From: Kondoa subrosea
Taxonomy: Eukaryota
DNA: 64,000 nucleotides
Reading direction: 5' to 3'
NCBI GenBank assembly: GCA_039545335.1
Contig: BCIN01000001.1
Span: 186,001 to 250,000, forward strand
Under the pieces are notes generated by a model. The model was not told the DNA's origin, ran no database searches, and worked only from the letters and a program-made list of their open reading frames with translations. The translations under genes were made by a program, and so were the position numbers. Below are positions 25,442 through 39,241 of this stretch, piece by piece. Within the stretch, counting starts at the first letter, position 1. Each line of letters opens with the position of its first letter.

Positions 25442-26826
25442 ATGCTGCAATCAATCGTGATCGCCGTCCTTTTGGCCAACTTCGCCAACGCAATCCCAAT
25501 GCATTTGAAGCGTCAAATTCCCATTGATGCCCCAGCATGCAACCTCTTGTGCATTGATGTCAAATTCAGGGAAGCTGCTACTTTGGCTCCAGAGTGTGGA
25601 CTGAATGATCCAGCTTGCCATTGTGCTGTAAGTAGTCTTTGCCGTTTGACACTCTCAGAACCAAATCTGATTAGTGAACTAGACGCCTAACTTCCAAAGA
25701 GCTTTCACGACTTGTCTCAACGACAATTGTGCCTCAGCTGCTGATATTGCCTCGGGAGAAACTGCGTTGCAATCGGTCTGTAGTGCAGTGTGAGTTTCTC
25801 TGACGTATATTGGATTTTATTGAGCAAGTATTACAGCGGTGTTGGTATCAACTCTGCCATACCTTCCTCAGATCCTTCTTTGTCTGCCTTTGTATCGTCG
25901 CAACTGAGTTCCGGTGAGTTCGCAATCTCTTTTGCAATGGAAACCGGTCCTTATGCATACATGATTGATAGTCTTTGCAAGTGCCAGCATGGTCAGCATG
26001 GCTTCAGCTGCATCCGCTTCAGCTGCAATGTCATCTGGAATGATGTCATCTGGAATGCCTTCAGCTTCTGCTTCTCTTCCTGGCGGCGTCGTTCCTGTCC
26101 CTACTGGAGCCTCTTCTTCTTCGGAACAGCTCTCAAGCAGTATTGCTTCGGTTTCCAGCAGTATCGCATCAGAAGCATCAAGCAGTATCGTCGACGTTCT
26201 CTCTTCAGCTTCATCCGCAAGTTCTAGCCTGGCTGCTGCAAGCTCAAGCGAATCAGCATCCAGATCAAGTGAATCAGCATCCAGATCAAGTGAATCAGCG
26301 TCTAGATCAAGTGAATCAGCATCAAGCTCTTTGGCTGCTGTTTCTCGCAGCAGCAGTATGCAAGCTTCAATGAGCTCCGTTTCATCTGCGTCATCTGCCA
26401 TTTCAAGTCTCAGCAGCGTCGCCTCATCTAGCTCTGCAGCGTGAGTGCGATCGTCTTCTGTGACTAGTCTAGACTAAAGCTTGGCTTGTCGTAGATCTGA
26501 ATCTCGCTCATCAAGCAGCGCTTCAGCTTCTTCTTCCAGCAGCATGGCACAAATGACTTCTTCTCAACCGGTTCCAACGGTCACAATCACTCAAGAAGTA
26601 CCAGTCGTTGTTTCCACAAGTGTCGCAAGATGTGCGTAGATTTTCCTTCAGATAGTACTGCTCGCAAAGCTTATCGAGAACATCTGCAGCTACGAAGACT
26701 CAGGGAGCAACTGTGATCATTGTACCAGCTCAAACTCCTACAGTTGCTCCAACCTCTTCATCTGCCAACAAGCTCGAAGTCGGTTTGGCTTTGGCTTTGG
26801 TTTGTATGGCAATGTCATGGATTTGA
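25442..26826 (+). CDS. CFEM-like domain, Ser/Ala-rich, GPI-anchored cell-surface protein
   Basis: Signal peptide plus KR; PACNLLC..C.LNDPACHC..NFQRAFTTCLNDNC..D....LQSVC (8 Cys); Ser-rich stalk; hydrophobic C-terminus. Confidence 0.85.
26245..26322 (+). repeat. 21-bp coding tandem repeat (SSESASR x~3.7)
   Basis: TCAAGTGAATCAGCATCCAGA repeated with few changes. Confidence 0.9.
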
Positions 26827-26951
26827 ATGGACAAACACATATGTATCTAGTATAAAGTAGTAGTAATGTATTGCCAGTGATCATGCAGAGCCAGCTGCCC
26901 TACCTGGCCCTACGTCCAATCTTGAGAAGAGTAGCCTTGTTTTGAACGTCC

Positions 26952-28334
26952 ATGCGTAATGTCATCAATCAGATATCACGCAAGAGCATACCCTGCTGCC
27001 TTTTCTGTCTCTTCGTGGTAGGGGCCAAAATAATCTGGGACACATGCGAGCATCTGCTCTACATCCAAAATCGCCCTTTAGCTGCTCTATTCCTTCTATT
27101 GTCCAGCTGCTTTGAATTGTATCTGGTTGCTTGGACTTTCATAGCTATTTCATTCGCTCCTACGGATCATGCAAGACCTCCATTTGATCCACCAGCCAAT
27201 TTCGACCATCCGCTCGAAGTCAGTCCGAACGGCGAAGTAGTGCGATGCTTCGAGGGTAAATGTAATGGTAGCTGGAAACCAGCAAGAGCGAGACATTGCA
27301 AGACGCATGATCAATGCTCTGTCGCATGGTAGCTACTGCTCTGCTAGACGTCTACTGCTTGAATTGATCTTCTCCATGCAGGGATCATCATTGCGTTTGG
27401 TTTGATTCATGCGTGAGTCTTCTCTGCGCGCGTCCGGCTGACTCAAGCTCAGTGCAATGATAAGATCTCTCTAGCTACAAACTTCAAACACTTCTTGCTC
27501 TTCCTATGTGCTGTCCCGCCCTTGGTCTTACATGAACTCTATCATTTGGGTCCACTGCTGTATCGAGATTTAGTAACAGTGACTTTACATCAATGGGACT
27601 CGATATGGCTGTCAGCTTGTGATATCATTCAATCTAATGACCTCGAGCTGAATTTACTTAAAGAAAGGATGTGTGGTGGTCAAAGAGACGCAGTTGGATC
27701 CTTGGACCAGTCTATCGGTATGCTGGAGGGCTTTACCACTGTTACAAGAAATATCAGGGGACATCCCTTACACCTGATCCTATACTCTCACCTTTCTCAA
27801 TGTTAGCTCGACCTCGAATGCTTCCTCTTGTTGTCTGTGTCTTTGGTACACTCGTCAGCTTGGTGGCTTTAGCGATGATCGCTATGTCTATCTCAAATCT
27901 CAGGCGCGGTCTTTTCCAAGTTGAGATAGAGTATGCCAAGCTTGCTTCATAAGTCTTTCGAAGACACTGCTGAACTGGGCGATAGACGTATGCGCAAGTA
28001 TGAAGGCTACAAGCGAAGAGTTCAGCGCTTTCCTCAGACAACTCAAAAATGGGATCCATCTCGATATTATGTGATGGGCAAGGAGAAGGAGAATATCTTG
28101 AAAGTACCCCTACATGTCAGACTCTTTGATCTAGGGCCAAGAGAAAATATTCGGTTAGCGCTTGTGAGTATCTTCCTCAGGCAGGATGTTATGGATAAAG
28201 TAAACTGGTTCAAGGGCGACTACATGCTCGACTGGCTTCGTCCTGCTGTGCCGACTAAAATAGATGGTTTGCGCTGGAGAACGAATAATGAGGTGCTGCA
28301 GTGGCTAGAGGTCGATGCCAGAAAGTCTGACTGA
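26952..28334 (+). CDS. DHHC-type palmitoyltransferase
   Basis: C..WKPARARHCKTHDQCSVAW/DHHCVWFDSC/I...NFKHFLLFL, flanking TM helices and a C-terminal LFDLGPRENIR motif. Confidence 0.88.
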
Positions 28335-28876
28335 TACTAAAAAAGGGTATGGTCTGTATCTTCATGAAAGGCTCTGATTAATTTCTGGCTCAAGGCATAA
28401 ATGTCACATATTTGCATGTCCAATGGTGATCTCAAACTATGCTCAATATACGCGCGGCTACGTATTTGATCCCATCTCATTCATCTATGCTTCATGCGCT
28501 CAGACTCCTGCCCTACCCTGCCGCTACTTATCTAGATCCCAGAAGCGAGGATATCGTTCACAACTTTTCAGCAGATTAATCTTCTCCGCTTCTTTTGTCT
28601 CATGTTCTTCTCCTGCTATGATGTTCCACTAGATCTTTTTGCATTATCACTTTCAATCAATTCGACTAATTCTAGTGTCATTACCGCACACCGTCTGTGA
28701 CACTCAGTTGTCCCACTCAACAGAAGCTTTGCGACTTTGTCCGAGGAAGCTAACGATTACATTGAATGACATGTATGCTCAAATATTGCTAATGACCAGT
28801 ACCGCTACAGCACACCCACTCCCAACGCAAACTCATCTTGAGCCTTTCCGCACCTAAAAACTCCAGCTGTGCGGAC

Positions 28877-31176
28877 TCAAATCTTGGCGACTATAGAATA
28901 TGAAGTCAAATGAGTGGGTTGCCCAGAGAGTTTTGCTGAGTAGTCACTTACGCGCAACACAGCGTCCCTCAGAGCATCCTACTCCGATCAACTTCTTTCC
29001 CCCTTTCGTGCAATCGTTCCGGCAATGACCACAAGCTTGAATCTCATCTTGCAAATTTACGCAGCCCAGCGACGGACAATAAGTTAGATTCTGTGGACAA
29101 GTAGAGCGGGCGTAGAATAGTTTGTTGCGACGATCCCGCATGCGAGAACGGAATCGAGCCCTTGCCGAAGGACCTGGGGGAGGAGGGGAGGCTACAGCGC
29201 ATTGGGAATTGGAGCATGTAAGACCAGATTGGCAATCGTAGTTCCCGTTACAGAAGCCATCTTGTTGAGAAGCCTGGCAGGTACATTGAACATTATTGCA
29301 AGATGTATCGCTAGGATATCCGGGAAAGATGGGGGGTAAAGTGATATAGAATGCGCCATCTCCCTGGCAAGAGCCACTGCTGCAGTCAGAATTGTACAGA
29401 CATACATACTGGCTGCTCCTATTTGGCACGCATGTTTTTGCATCGGAGTTGTAAAATTGACCATTAGGACAAGCACTGCAAGCTGACTGGATGCAGACCA
29501 TTGGAGCGTTGCAATCGCCATTCGATTGACACCCAACTTGACAAGAGTAGTCGCCGGGACTTCCAGCGTTCGGAGCGCATTGTGCAGGTGATTGACAGAC
29601 TTGGTTCTGGCTGCCACAGTTGCTGTTGGTTTGAGAAGGTGTATAGCAGACTTGTTGCTGAGCGTTGTATAGTTCTGTCGAAGAGCAAGATCCACAAGTA
29701 CTGGAAGAGCCCGATCGAAGGCAGTTGAGTCCATTCGAGCAGTCTCCGCTGTTGAGGCAAGCCGCGCCGGATGACGAAGATGTGCAGGTGCATGAACCGC
29801 TGTCTGCACTTGAAAGCGAACAATCGTTGCCTTGCTGTTGTGCGGACCCTGATGCTGAGCAATAACCACTGAGACAGTCCGTTGATCCGACACTGCAAGT
29901 TGCGCCTTGACTTGATTGGAGGCATACTCCATTAGAGCAGCGATTACTGAAGCAATCTCCATCAGAGAAACACCCTCCACCAGCTTGCGCCTGTTGACAT
30001 TGCTTGGAGGAAAGATTACAGCTGCCAGTTTTGCATTGTTCGTTTGCAGAGCAATATTGCGAAGACCCAGCTAGAGGACAGGTTCCTCCTGAACAGCTGC
30101 CAACGACACATTGATTGTTCGTATCTGTTGGGCAGCTTTGGCCAGGTAATCCATATTGACACGTTTGATCATTGCAGACCCCTCCGTTGGAGCAGTCACT
30201 GATATATAAGGAAGTCATCAGAAACGTTATCAGAACACATAGTCGATCGATCGACTGACCTGTCCCTGCGACAAGTATTTCCGAAATTTCCTGCTGCGCA
30301 ACTGAATACCCCATTTGAGGGCAAACAAGTACCGGAGAGGCATTGCTGCTGTGCTGAAAAGAATTGACACCCATGTCCTGCTGAACCCTTACAAGCTCCA
30401 TCTACGCAGTAGGTTGGATTTGAAGGATCGGAAGAGGCACAACTACTGTCTGATAGACAAGCAGCTCCTAAGGTCGATGTTGTGCAAACATTCCCTTGAC
30501 ATGTGAGATCCGAATCAGGGCTGAATTTGCAGTCACCTGACAATACATTGAGCTCTTCCTCGTTGTCAAAAAGGTCGAGAAGAAATACTTACTGTCGTTT
30601 TGGCAAGAGGCGCCTGCGGTGAGCGTGGCTGCACAGGTTCCTTGGTTATAGCCTGAACAGGAGATTGGGCATGTTCTAGGCTGGCGATAGACCAAAACGG
30701 CTCACTATGTGCTCCTGGCATACAATAGCCAGTTGTGCAAGCTTGAGGTCTCAAGTCGAGACCGCAGCGTTGGCCCGCCGAGAATCTGCATTTGCCAGTA
30801 ATACACTGAATCTGATTATCGGGCCTTTAATGAAAGATCAGCGTCGATGTCGGATATGGAATGTGTATTTGGACAGACGTTCCGTAACCGAAATCGTAGC
30901 AATCAAGGACCGTATTGCAGCCTGAACCTGCTTGAGATTTGCAAGTTCCACCATAGTATCTGTTACTGCATCTACGATATCAAGAACGCGCAAAGGAGGC
31001 CACTCGTAAGCCATTTGCCCTCCAAAATTGAAAAGGGCATACGAGTATCCGGGATCACAATAGAACGACGAATAATCACTTGTGGGCGTACACTGTTCTC
31101 CAAGCTTTTGACTGAAAGAAGTTGTAATGAGATAGCAAGCGACCAGCGCTCGGTACCAGGTATTGAATGCCTTCAT
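28877..31176 (-). CDS. Secreted cysteine-rich repeat protein (GxxCxxxxxCxSxxCxxGxC units) with C-terminal PriA/CPL1-like domain
   Basis: Signal peptide MKAFNTWYRALVACYLITTSFS; many 4-Cys units; PPPPGPSARARFRSR linker; CP.NLT.CP..GCVNLQDEIQACGHCRNDC...GVGCSEGRCV. Confidence 0.82.
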
Positions 31177-31808
31177 CTTTCTGGGCAGAGTGTACGAACG
31201 ACAGAGAGTGGGAAACGCGTAAAACGACTTGGGAGGTAGTATGCGGAAAAGAGCAGCCAGAGCGGCATGTGCAAAACAGTCGGCGGAGCGGAGTTGATCT
31301 AGATGCACTGAGACATTGACCCATGATTTGCAAAATCCACTGGAGTTACAGCTCAACCGACGTTGGCGCTTTGGCGTCCTGTAGGCCAACGTCGCTACAG
31401 TAGATGTAGCTGCATCAGCACGACATCAGCGATAGATCGAAGAGTATCTTTGCGACATGGATAACTGGGAGCGAAAGACGTTTCTTGCTCTCGCGCGTGG
31501 TGTCGTTGTGCGACAATTTGATGTTCATTGCGGTGCCAAGATGAAGAGCAGCACCAGAATGACACTGACATAAGTGTTTCTTTGCATGCATGCTATGCGT
31601 GATAAATGTTTCGATACCTTTCAGTAGATCAGCTTTTCTGACTAAATATGAGACATAAATCTTTCGCAATGCTGGGGTCACCTCAAAGAACCCTAGAATC
31701 TCCCTCTGTTCCTTCGTGCGGATATCTTCCTCGTTCTTTCCAATAATTTCCAGCTGCATATAGGCCGTTCGTGTAATTCTTCTCTAGCTTGATATCCTTC
31801 GACGGTTA

Positions 31809-34092
31809 CTATTTCTCTTCCTTACTTCTGCGTGCTTTAGCATCGTCACTGACCACATAAGGCCCTGTACGAAGATAAGATCAACGAGACATTACATACA
31901 GCAGGCAAGACCTACTGGCAACATCCGTCGAGAATTTAAAGTAATCGCATCGATGCGGAGTGAGCGTTTTGGTCTTTGACTTGTGTCCTTCTCCGACCGG
32001 GCGTTGACATAGCCAAAACTTTCGACCTTTGTTCGGACCAGGTTTGAGTGTCTGCCATTCTTTACACGGTTCATCCTAGAACAAACACATCAGTATAATT
32101 TGTATAGACGATAAAAGGAAAGACTCGCGTGAAAGCACAGCGGAGCAGGTTCTTTTTTGAATATAGCAGACCAAGCTTCAGCGCTATTGACGACCGCAAC
32201 GGCATCAACTTCCTCTATTCGATCATCTTGACTTCCAGCTGTAATTCCATTCAGAACACCTTGATCATCATCTCCAGATAATTGAATAACTTCATCTTTC
32301 TTTGCCTTTTTCAGATTTGTACTCCCACTCTCATCAACATATTCAGCTTTACGTTTCTTCTTCTTCTTCTTTTCCTTTGGCGGAGGAGCAAAGAAGCTGG
32401 AAATAGATTTCTGCTCTGCCGCAGCGGGTGATTTGCCTTTGCCTTTAGCTGCGGAAGATGAGGATGGAGCAGGGAGAGAGGAAGATGGAGCAGGAAGAGG
32501 CTTGACTTTTTGAGAAGAAGATTGGGATAAAGGTTGACTTGGTTTTGGCGTAGGTAGTTTCGAAGTAGATGCTACGGGTACAGGACTTGCTTGAGAATGA
32601 TCGACAACCGGTACTTCAACTTCGGAAGAAGCGTGCAATTTGGCCAGAGCAGCATCAACCGAAAGCTCCTCTTCTGGACTAAGCATTGGACCTTGTTGCG
32701 CTAGACTGGGTGAAGGCGACGGAGATGGTTTGGGTTGTTTGTTCCACATTGATGACAGTTTGCGTACTTTGAATTCTGGGTAATTGCGAGCTGAGAAAGC
32801 GGGAGCTTCTGGTATCGGACCACCTTTTACGCGAGTTGGCGGGTTGATCAAGGGCCAAAGTTGCTGAACTGTTCCATCCTCCAGAGTACGCTCGTTATGG
32901 AAGTCGACATAAACGGGACAATGATCTGATCCTTTGATAGTGTTCATGATATCGCTTCCTTTGATCCAAGGTAATAGACCAGAAGTGACACAAATATAAT
33001 CCAATCGGGTTCCATAATTGCCTTCACGAGCATTGATTCTGGTCTCCCAGCAAGTAAACATTCCAGTTCTATTTGGATAATACAAGCGAGTGACATCCGT
33101 CAAAGGACCGTTTGGTCCAATTAAGCGTTGAAACCATTTGCGCGGCATAGTATCCATATATCCATCAGGACCACCAGAACGAGAAGGTTCGCAATGATCC
33201 AGTTCGTTAGCTACCACATTGATATCGCCAACCAAAATGACTTGTCTTCCAGCAGTGATCAGCGCTTTGATTCTTGCCTCCAGGACATTACTGAACGCCA
33301 TTTTGAACATTAAACGTTCATCATTGGTTTGATTAGGGCAATAGACGTTGATCAGGACAAATAATCCCATATCAACAACAGTAGTTCGACCTTCTGTATC
33401 AAGATCCGCTAGTTCTTGACTTGAAAGATCTAGATCGTCGATAGCTGAACTGGATGGGTAATTGCCTACTCGATCTTTTGATGGGATGAGAGGTCGATCG
33501 TTCGCTTGCAGAGTTCCAGAAATGCCTTCTTCTGCTTTCAATGGCATGCAAGTTGCATGTTTTGTAAAAATACCAGTACCGGAATAGCCCTTTATAGCAA
33601 TCAGCCTGAGGTATTATATAGCTCAGAATTGAATCATACTCGAGCTGGAATTCGTCTGTTTGAGGAAAAGAAAGCTTCATATCTCTCAAGGCAAGCCATA
33701 GCTTTAGTGATCTTGGGCTTGACGATCTTGGTCTCTATAGATCATTCCATGCACATGAGTAGTGCACGGAGCATTATCCAGCTAAGCAAGCAAGCAACTT
33801 TACCTTGAACGCAAGTGATGTCTGCTCCAAGCTCGTCCAGGATTTCATCAAAGCCTTTGCAGGTGAGCCAGCTGCAGATTAGTCTTGAGTAAAGTCTCGC
33901 GAGACTTTCCAGCCACTTGTAAGCTCACGGATGATACTTGGGCATGGTAGAGATTCCATTCTGTGTGAAATGACATATGTTGAGCAAAGAACAGCAGCGA
34001 AGGAGCTACGGCGTACGATATTCCACTGCAAATCATTCACATTAGCTACTGTAGCGTCATGGGAGCTACAGGCTCACAGTGATGAGTCTCAT
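31809..34092 (-). CDS. APN2: Class II AP endonuclease Apn2 (ExoIII family plus zf-GRF)
   Basis: MRLIT/WNI/NGI, DITCVQETK, GYSG, EGR, NVYCPN, GDINV, TRLDYI, GSDHCPV, PIP-like QKSISSFF, and zf-GRF PLCFH..PC..KPGPNKGRKFWLC.RP..RCDYF. Confidence 0.96.
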
Positions 34093-34247
34093 GGCATGAT
34101 CGCTCGAAAACAACATAAACCGATTTATCAAATGTAGAGCACATTGGGAGATCGGAAGTCAAATCTAACATGTAAGTCACTAGACATCTTGTGTATTACG
34201 TTATTGCACGCGAAAACAGTAGTCCGTCAGACAGAACATGCGAGGAT

Positions 34248-35802
34248 CTACAATTTTGGTTTGACAGTCTTGTTCTCGTTGGCCCAGCCTCTTCCAGCTA
34301 ATCGAGATCCACCATCTGTCTCGATAGTAGTTCCCGAAATATGTGCGGAAGCTCTGTTAATTACGTGATTCAATGTGAATTGTCGAGGAAAAGAGTTACA
34401 GTATCAGCTTACCTCGAGGAAAGGAATAGCACAAGACCAGCCATATCTTCAGGAGTACCACTGTAAGATATCGCCAACTTTGAGCACAGATTTTGCTTCG
34501 GTCTACCAATACCTTACACTCTTTTCATTGGGTGGGAACCAGCAAGTAGCTGTTCGTGCTGCGCTATTCCATATGCTGTCATTTTGCTAGGGTATACTGC
34601 AATATATATTGAGCTCTTGAAGACGCCGAAAAGGAGAACCGACGACTTACCACCAGGGCAAATGGTGTTGACTGTAATATAACGCTTGCCCAGAGTGACT
34701 GCGAGTGTCTTGGAAAGGTGAATAGCAGCAGCTGTTCATACTTTTATCAATCATCTGGTAATGTATAGATGTAAGGCTGAACTTACCTTTCGAAGTATTG
34801 TATGACCAAAGACCAGTTCCACTGGCACCTAGAGCGGTATCTTCTACTCGAGCATCAAGACCAGCTGTGGAAGCGATGTTGATCACGCGTCCAGGATCTG
34901 TAGGTTGGCAGGATGAGCACACCTGAATTTGTGTGACATACCGTCAAGACCTACCGATATTGTTTGCATCTTTCGCTAGAAGTTCGGTCAAACCTTGAGT
35001 GAGGTAGAAGAGAGACTTGACGTTCCTGTCGTGACACTTGAGGCAAGCTTCAGAAGACACAAGTGATTAGCTTACAGGGCTAGAATCTTGTCCCATCCTT
35101 GTGCTTCTGGAACATTGTCATATGGAGCTCCCCTGCTTTAAAGTCAGACGAATTCATAGATCTCGTAAACGGAAACGAACCATGTTGCTCCCTGTGAGTG
35201 GATTCTCCGTCAAAATCACAAAAGAGAATCAAAGCAGCAACACTCACACTATTGTTGACCAATACATGAACCTTCTTGACCTGATCACGCATACAACCAA
35301 TTTAGTCCTACATCATTCATAACACAAACAACATCCTCACCCTCTTCTTGACTTCGTTAGACAAAGAATCGCATCCGGCTTTGCTGCCCAAATCAGCTAC
35401 CACATATTCCGCTTTGCCAGGTCCTCGTTTGTTCAATTCATCGCAAGCCTACAGATCCATCGGTACGTGCGTCAGCTCAATGTCCTCATACCCTTATTCG
35501 CGAAGTAATTAACGCACATCTTTCAATTGCTTTTCTTTCCTTGATGCGATAATAACGTGACATCCGTTAGCTACGAAAGCAGTAGCAATCATATAACCAA
35601 TTCCAGATCCACCCCCAGTGACCTATACATTCACATAGAACTCCGTATAAGCTTTTTCTTTTGAAATGGAATGCATGTGAATTATATTCGGACGCACGAC
35701 ACAAGTCTTGTTCTTGACTGAGAAGAGGTTGCTCTGCTCGAAGATATCAGCTTTGTATAGCACTAGAGCTAATCAGGGACTCACAACATCGAATTGTGAC
35801 AT
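34248..35802 (-). CDS. Short-chain dehydrogenase/reductase
   Basis: VTGGGSGIG, LVNNS/G, RVINIAS, catalytic YNTSK, VNTICPG; C-terminus KPKL. Confidence 0.93.
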
Positions 35803-36098
35803 GTTGAATAGTTGCTGTCCAAGCTTTGTGTCCCAAAATTAGTCAGCGAGAGGCAAGAACGCGGGGTAAAGTAGTAAAGGTTGTGAGGAGAAGCGTAAAC
35901 GAGAAGCAAAAGCATACGAATTGCATAATACCACACTGTACAAAGAACTATCACAAAAAAAACGTACAACATAACAGAAAACCGGTACATCATCAAATAT
36001 AAATATTAAGAAACACTATTAAAACCCAGAGCCAGCCATAGATACCGAATGATTGCACACGATTCAAAAGAGAGAGAGAGAAAAAGACACGAGATGCT

Positions 36099-38867
36099 TC
36101 ACCAAGGTGAGAAATAGACTCCGCCAATCGAACTGTTTCTTCTGTGATGACCACTTCCACTACCAGCAGAAGAGAATCTTGGAGTTGACATGAGTGAAGT
36201 GCTGAAACATCCATCGCTGAAGAAGTTGGAAGCAGAAGTGGTAGCAGCAGAAGAAGCGAAGCTGGAATCTTCAGTCATTCGATCCAACTCAGATTGAACC
36301 AATCCACCGTAATCGTATGGATCAGCAGCATAGACAGCTTGAAAGCTTGAATTGAGGATAGTTCGACCTGGAGTACTGAATCCAGTGAATTGACGTTGAT
36401 GACCTTTAGGAGTGGTTTGAATGTTTTGTAGAGCTCGAGAAGAAGAGGCAGCTGATCCTAGACCAGAGATACCATATAAGCTATTACTTCTTCTGTGTGG
36501 GCTGCGAGGAGGAGAAGCAGGTGAACCGTCTGTGCTGGATAGTGGAGAATCGACTTCCGAAGCAGATCCATCCTCGCCTTCCTTGTCGGAGCCAGCCTTC
36601 TTCTTGTTTGTTAGACGAGGAGGACTGCTACCAGCTCTTTGCTGAGATTTGCGAAGCGGGGATCCAATACCAGGTAAGAAAGAGTTGCCTCTCAAGTGAC
36701 CTCCAGGAGAAGGCATGTTATCGAATTGAGCAGTGAAGATAGGATCGAAAGCTGGTGCAAAGGGAGATGGACCAGTTGCAAGTTGCAAAGGAGGTAAGAA
36801 CCATTGACTTTGACTGGCTGGGAACGGTGCTGAATGATGATGTTGTTGTTGACCTTCAACGATCGACATTCGCCTCTTAGCTGGGTGTTCAGGTGAAGCC
36901 AAGAATTCTTTGGTCAGATGAGCAAACTCATCGATCGGCGGAAGAACAGGACTTTTGGGCTTGATGGTTTCATCAGGATCGGCTTCACCTTCAATCTCGA
37001 TATCAATGTCATCTGAAGGAGGAAGTTCGATCCGTTTCTTTTGTGCAGCCGCTCGTTTGGGTCGTTTCTCGCCATCGTCGGCTGCTTGTGGTTTCTCCAA
37101 ATCTGGGTCAATTTCAACAGCAAAGGCAGGTTCAGCGTCATCCGCTTTATTTGCTGCCTTCTTTGCCTTTTTGCGAGGAGGGGGCGCGACATCACCAGCA
37201 AGAGACGGAGGCAGAGGTAAAGGTAGAGTGATAGAAGTAGAAATAGGCAAGACAGCCGCTGCAGCTGCCGCTTTGGCAGCCTTCTTTTTGGAAGATTGAC
37301 CACTTCCACCACCTTTCTTGATGAAACCACCATTGGCAAATTGATGTTCTGTTCCTTCGACAATAGCCCACAAACTTCCTTTGCCTGGGTTGTCTGCATC
37401 TCGGATGGTTTTCATGAAGCATTCGTTGAGAGAGAGGTTGTGACGAATGGAGTTCTGCCAACCCGCATCTTCTTTGCGATAGAAAGGATAGTTGTCCATA
37501 ATGTATTGATAAATATCGTTTAGCGAACGCTTCTTTTCTGGATCATTGAGGATAGCTTGACCAATCAAAGCTGCATAGCTGTAAGCAGGCTTCTGCGACT
37601 TGTCTCGAGGGGGAAGAGTATTTCCAGCATAGTCTGCATCCGAGCTGCCAGCAGCAGGCGCAGGTGCTTTGCGGGGTCCAGCAGCTTTCTTTTGCTTCTT
37701 TGGCGCGGGAGCAATCTTGGGCATATGAGGAGGAAGAGGTACAGCAGGTCTGTAAATAGGTGCGGCATTGCCTTGAAGAACAGGAAATTCAGGTTGGTAA
37801 TCTGAATCTTCCGAGTTGCCAATGTCGGAAGAACCAACAGCATGCTTCTTGCGACCACCGGTAGCCTTGACTACGCGTTGAGGCAGCCAATCTTGAGCAG
37901 TAGGCAAAGTTGCTTGATTGGCAGGAGGTGGAGAACCGCGCAAAGAAGATGTTCGGCTCGAAGAAGTCATTGGAACAGAAGGCGAAGGTGAGCTTTGGGG
38001 ATTCTCTTGCGCAGGTTCTTCTGGTTTGGCTTCGGGAGCACTATTTTGCGATGATTTACGTTTCCTCTTCTTTTGCTTCGAGCTAGACGCGCCATTTGAT
38101 GTACTGTCGGCAGCTTCGGCGAAGAATTGAGTGTGTGCGTTGTTTGTGGGTTGAAACTATTTAGTGCGATGAGTATTCGACGCGTCTTTCGTTATCGAGA
38201 AGCTTACGTATGAAGTATCCACCTCTTGAGGATTCAAAGCCTGCATCTGACCTCCTCCATTCATTAGATTTGCCCTACTTCTAGGTGACGAAGCGAATTG
38301 CATCATTTGAGCGAATTGATTCATTCCAGCTCTTGCAGGTGAAGATCCAAAGGCGAAACCAAGACCGAAGCCCATATCAGCTGGAGGAGAGAGAGCTTGT
38401 GATCCTCTTCGAGGAGAAGGCATAGCCGGCAGAGGTTGATAGAATTCATCGGAATGAGGTGGTTCAGCTGAGACAGCTCTTCGGTTATCGACAGGGTACG
38501 GTGCCAGACCAGTAATAGCAGTATTAGTGTTGCCAATGGGATGTTGACCAGGTAAAGGGAGCATCGGGAAAGAGATTGAACGCATCATCGGGAAAGGCAT
38601 ACCGAAAGGTGCTGGCATTTGAGCTGAAGACATGTCATTTTGGCTTTTGACGCGTTGCAAATCGTTACCAGCCATATGAAAGGCGGGCTGTTGGATTGCC
38701 TTTGTGTAAGTGTTGAAGGGCGCGCCAGGCGAAGAGACGAGAATTTGAGCTTGATGACCATTTCCACTGCCTTGAGCTGGGGTAGCCAGAGCAGGAGATG
38801 AGGACGATGAAGCTTGAGACATGGAAGGATGCAAGAGACCAGGAGTAGCTGGAATTGTTGCTGCCAT
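36099..38867 (-). CDS. Forkhead-box transcription factor (Hcm1/Sep1-like)
   Basis: [53 protein letters not shown]; one intron near 38157-38208; long low-complexity flanks. Confidence 0.95.
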
Positions 38868-39241
38868 GTCGAAAAGTAGTTTGATGACAAGGGGGAACGA
38901 AGAATTCCTACAAATCGCGTCAAAGCAAGTCAGTCTTAGGTCATGAGTGTAGGGGATGGGCTAGCAATCACCTTTTAGGTAGATTTACACGCTTCTAGAG
39001 CGATTCAAAGGCGATCTGGACTTTCAAGGAATGTACGGTTTTGAGAAGCGAATGTAAGGCCTGTTCAAGGCTGTAGGGATGTAGCAGGATATAGGTATAG
39101 CAGTACACGTCTGCCAGACGTCTTGGGCGAGCAAGTTTGAAAGTGTTAGGTTTTGGTTCAAGACGAAAGTCAAAAATCGGTTCGCCCAACTGAAGTCATT
39201 TGACAAATGAGGTGCAAACCCATTCCCTTTTGCACTGGACT

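Noticed and set aside
26245..26322. Regular repeats as a possible CRISPR array
   Set aside because: Head-to-tail coding repeats without spacers, in a eukaryotic gene.
25868..26401. Antisense 177-aa ORF with DADSLDL repeats
   Set aside because: Shadow of the Ser/Ala-rich CFEM stalk and its 21-bp repeat.
27931..27987. A second ATAAGTCTTT...AC segment in the DHHC gene resembling the CCT3 AT-AC intron
   Set aside because: A canonical GT-AG intron (27931-27985, GTATGC...GATAG) joins the frames cleanly as EIE/RMRKY.
29192..29980. 262-aa overlapping ORF in the Cys-rich gene
   Set aside because: Alternate-frame shadow of the real cysteine-patterned frame.
31415..31759. 114-aa ORF downstream of APN2
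   Set aside because: No motif, no convincing splice link to APN2, and a length compatible with chance.
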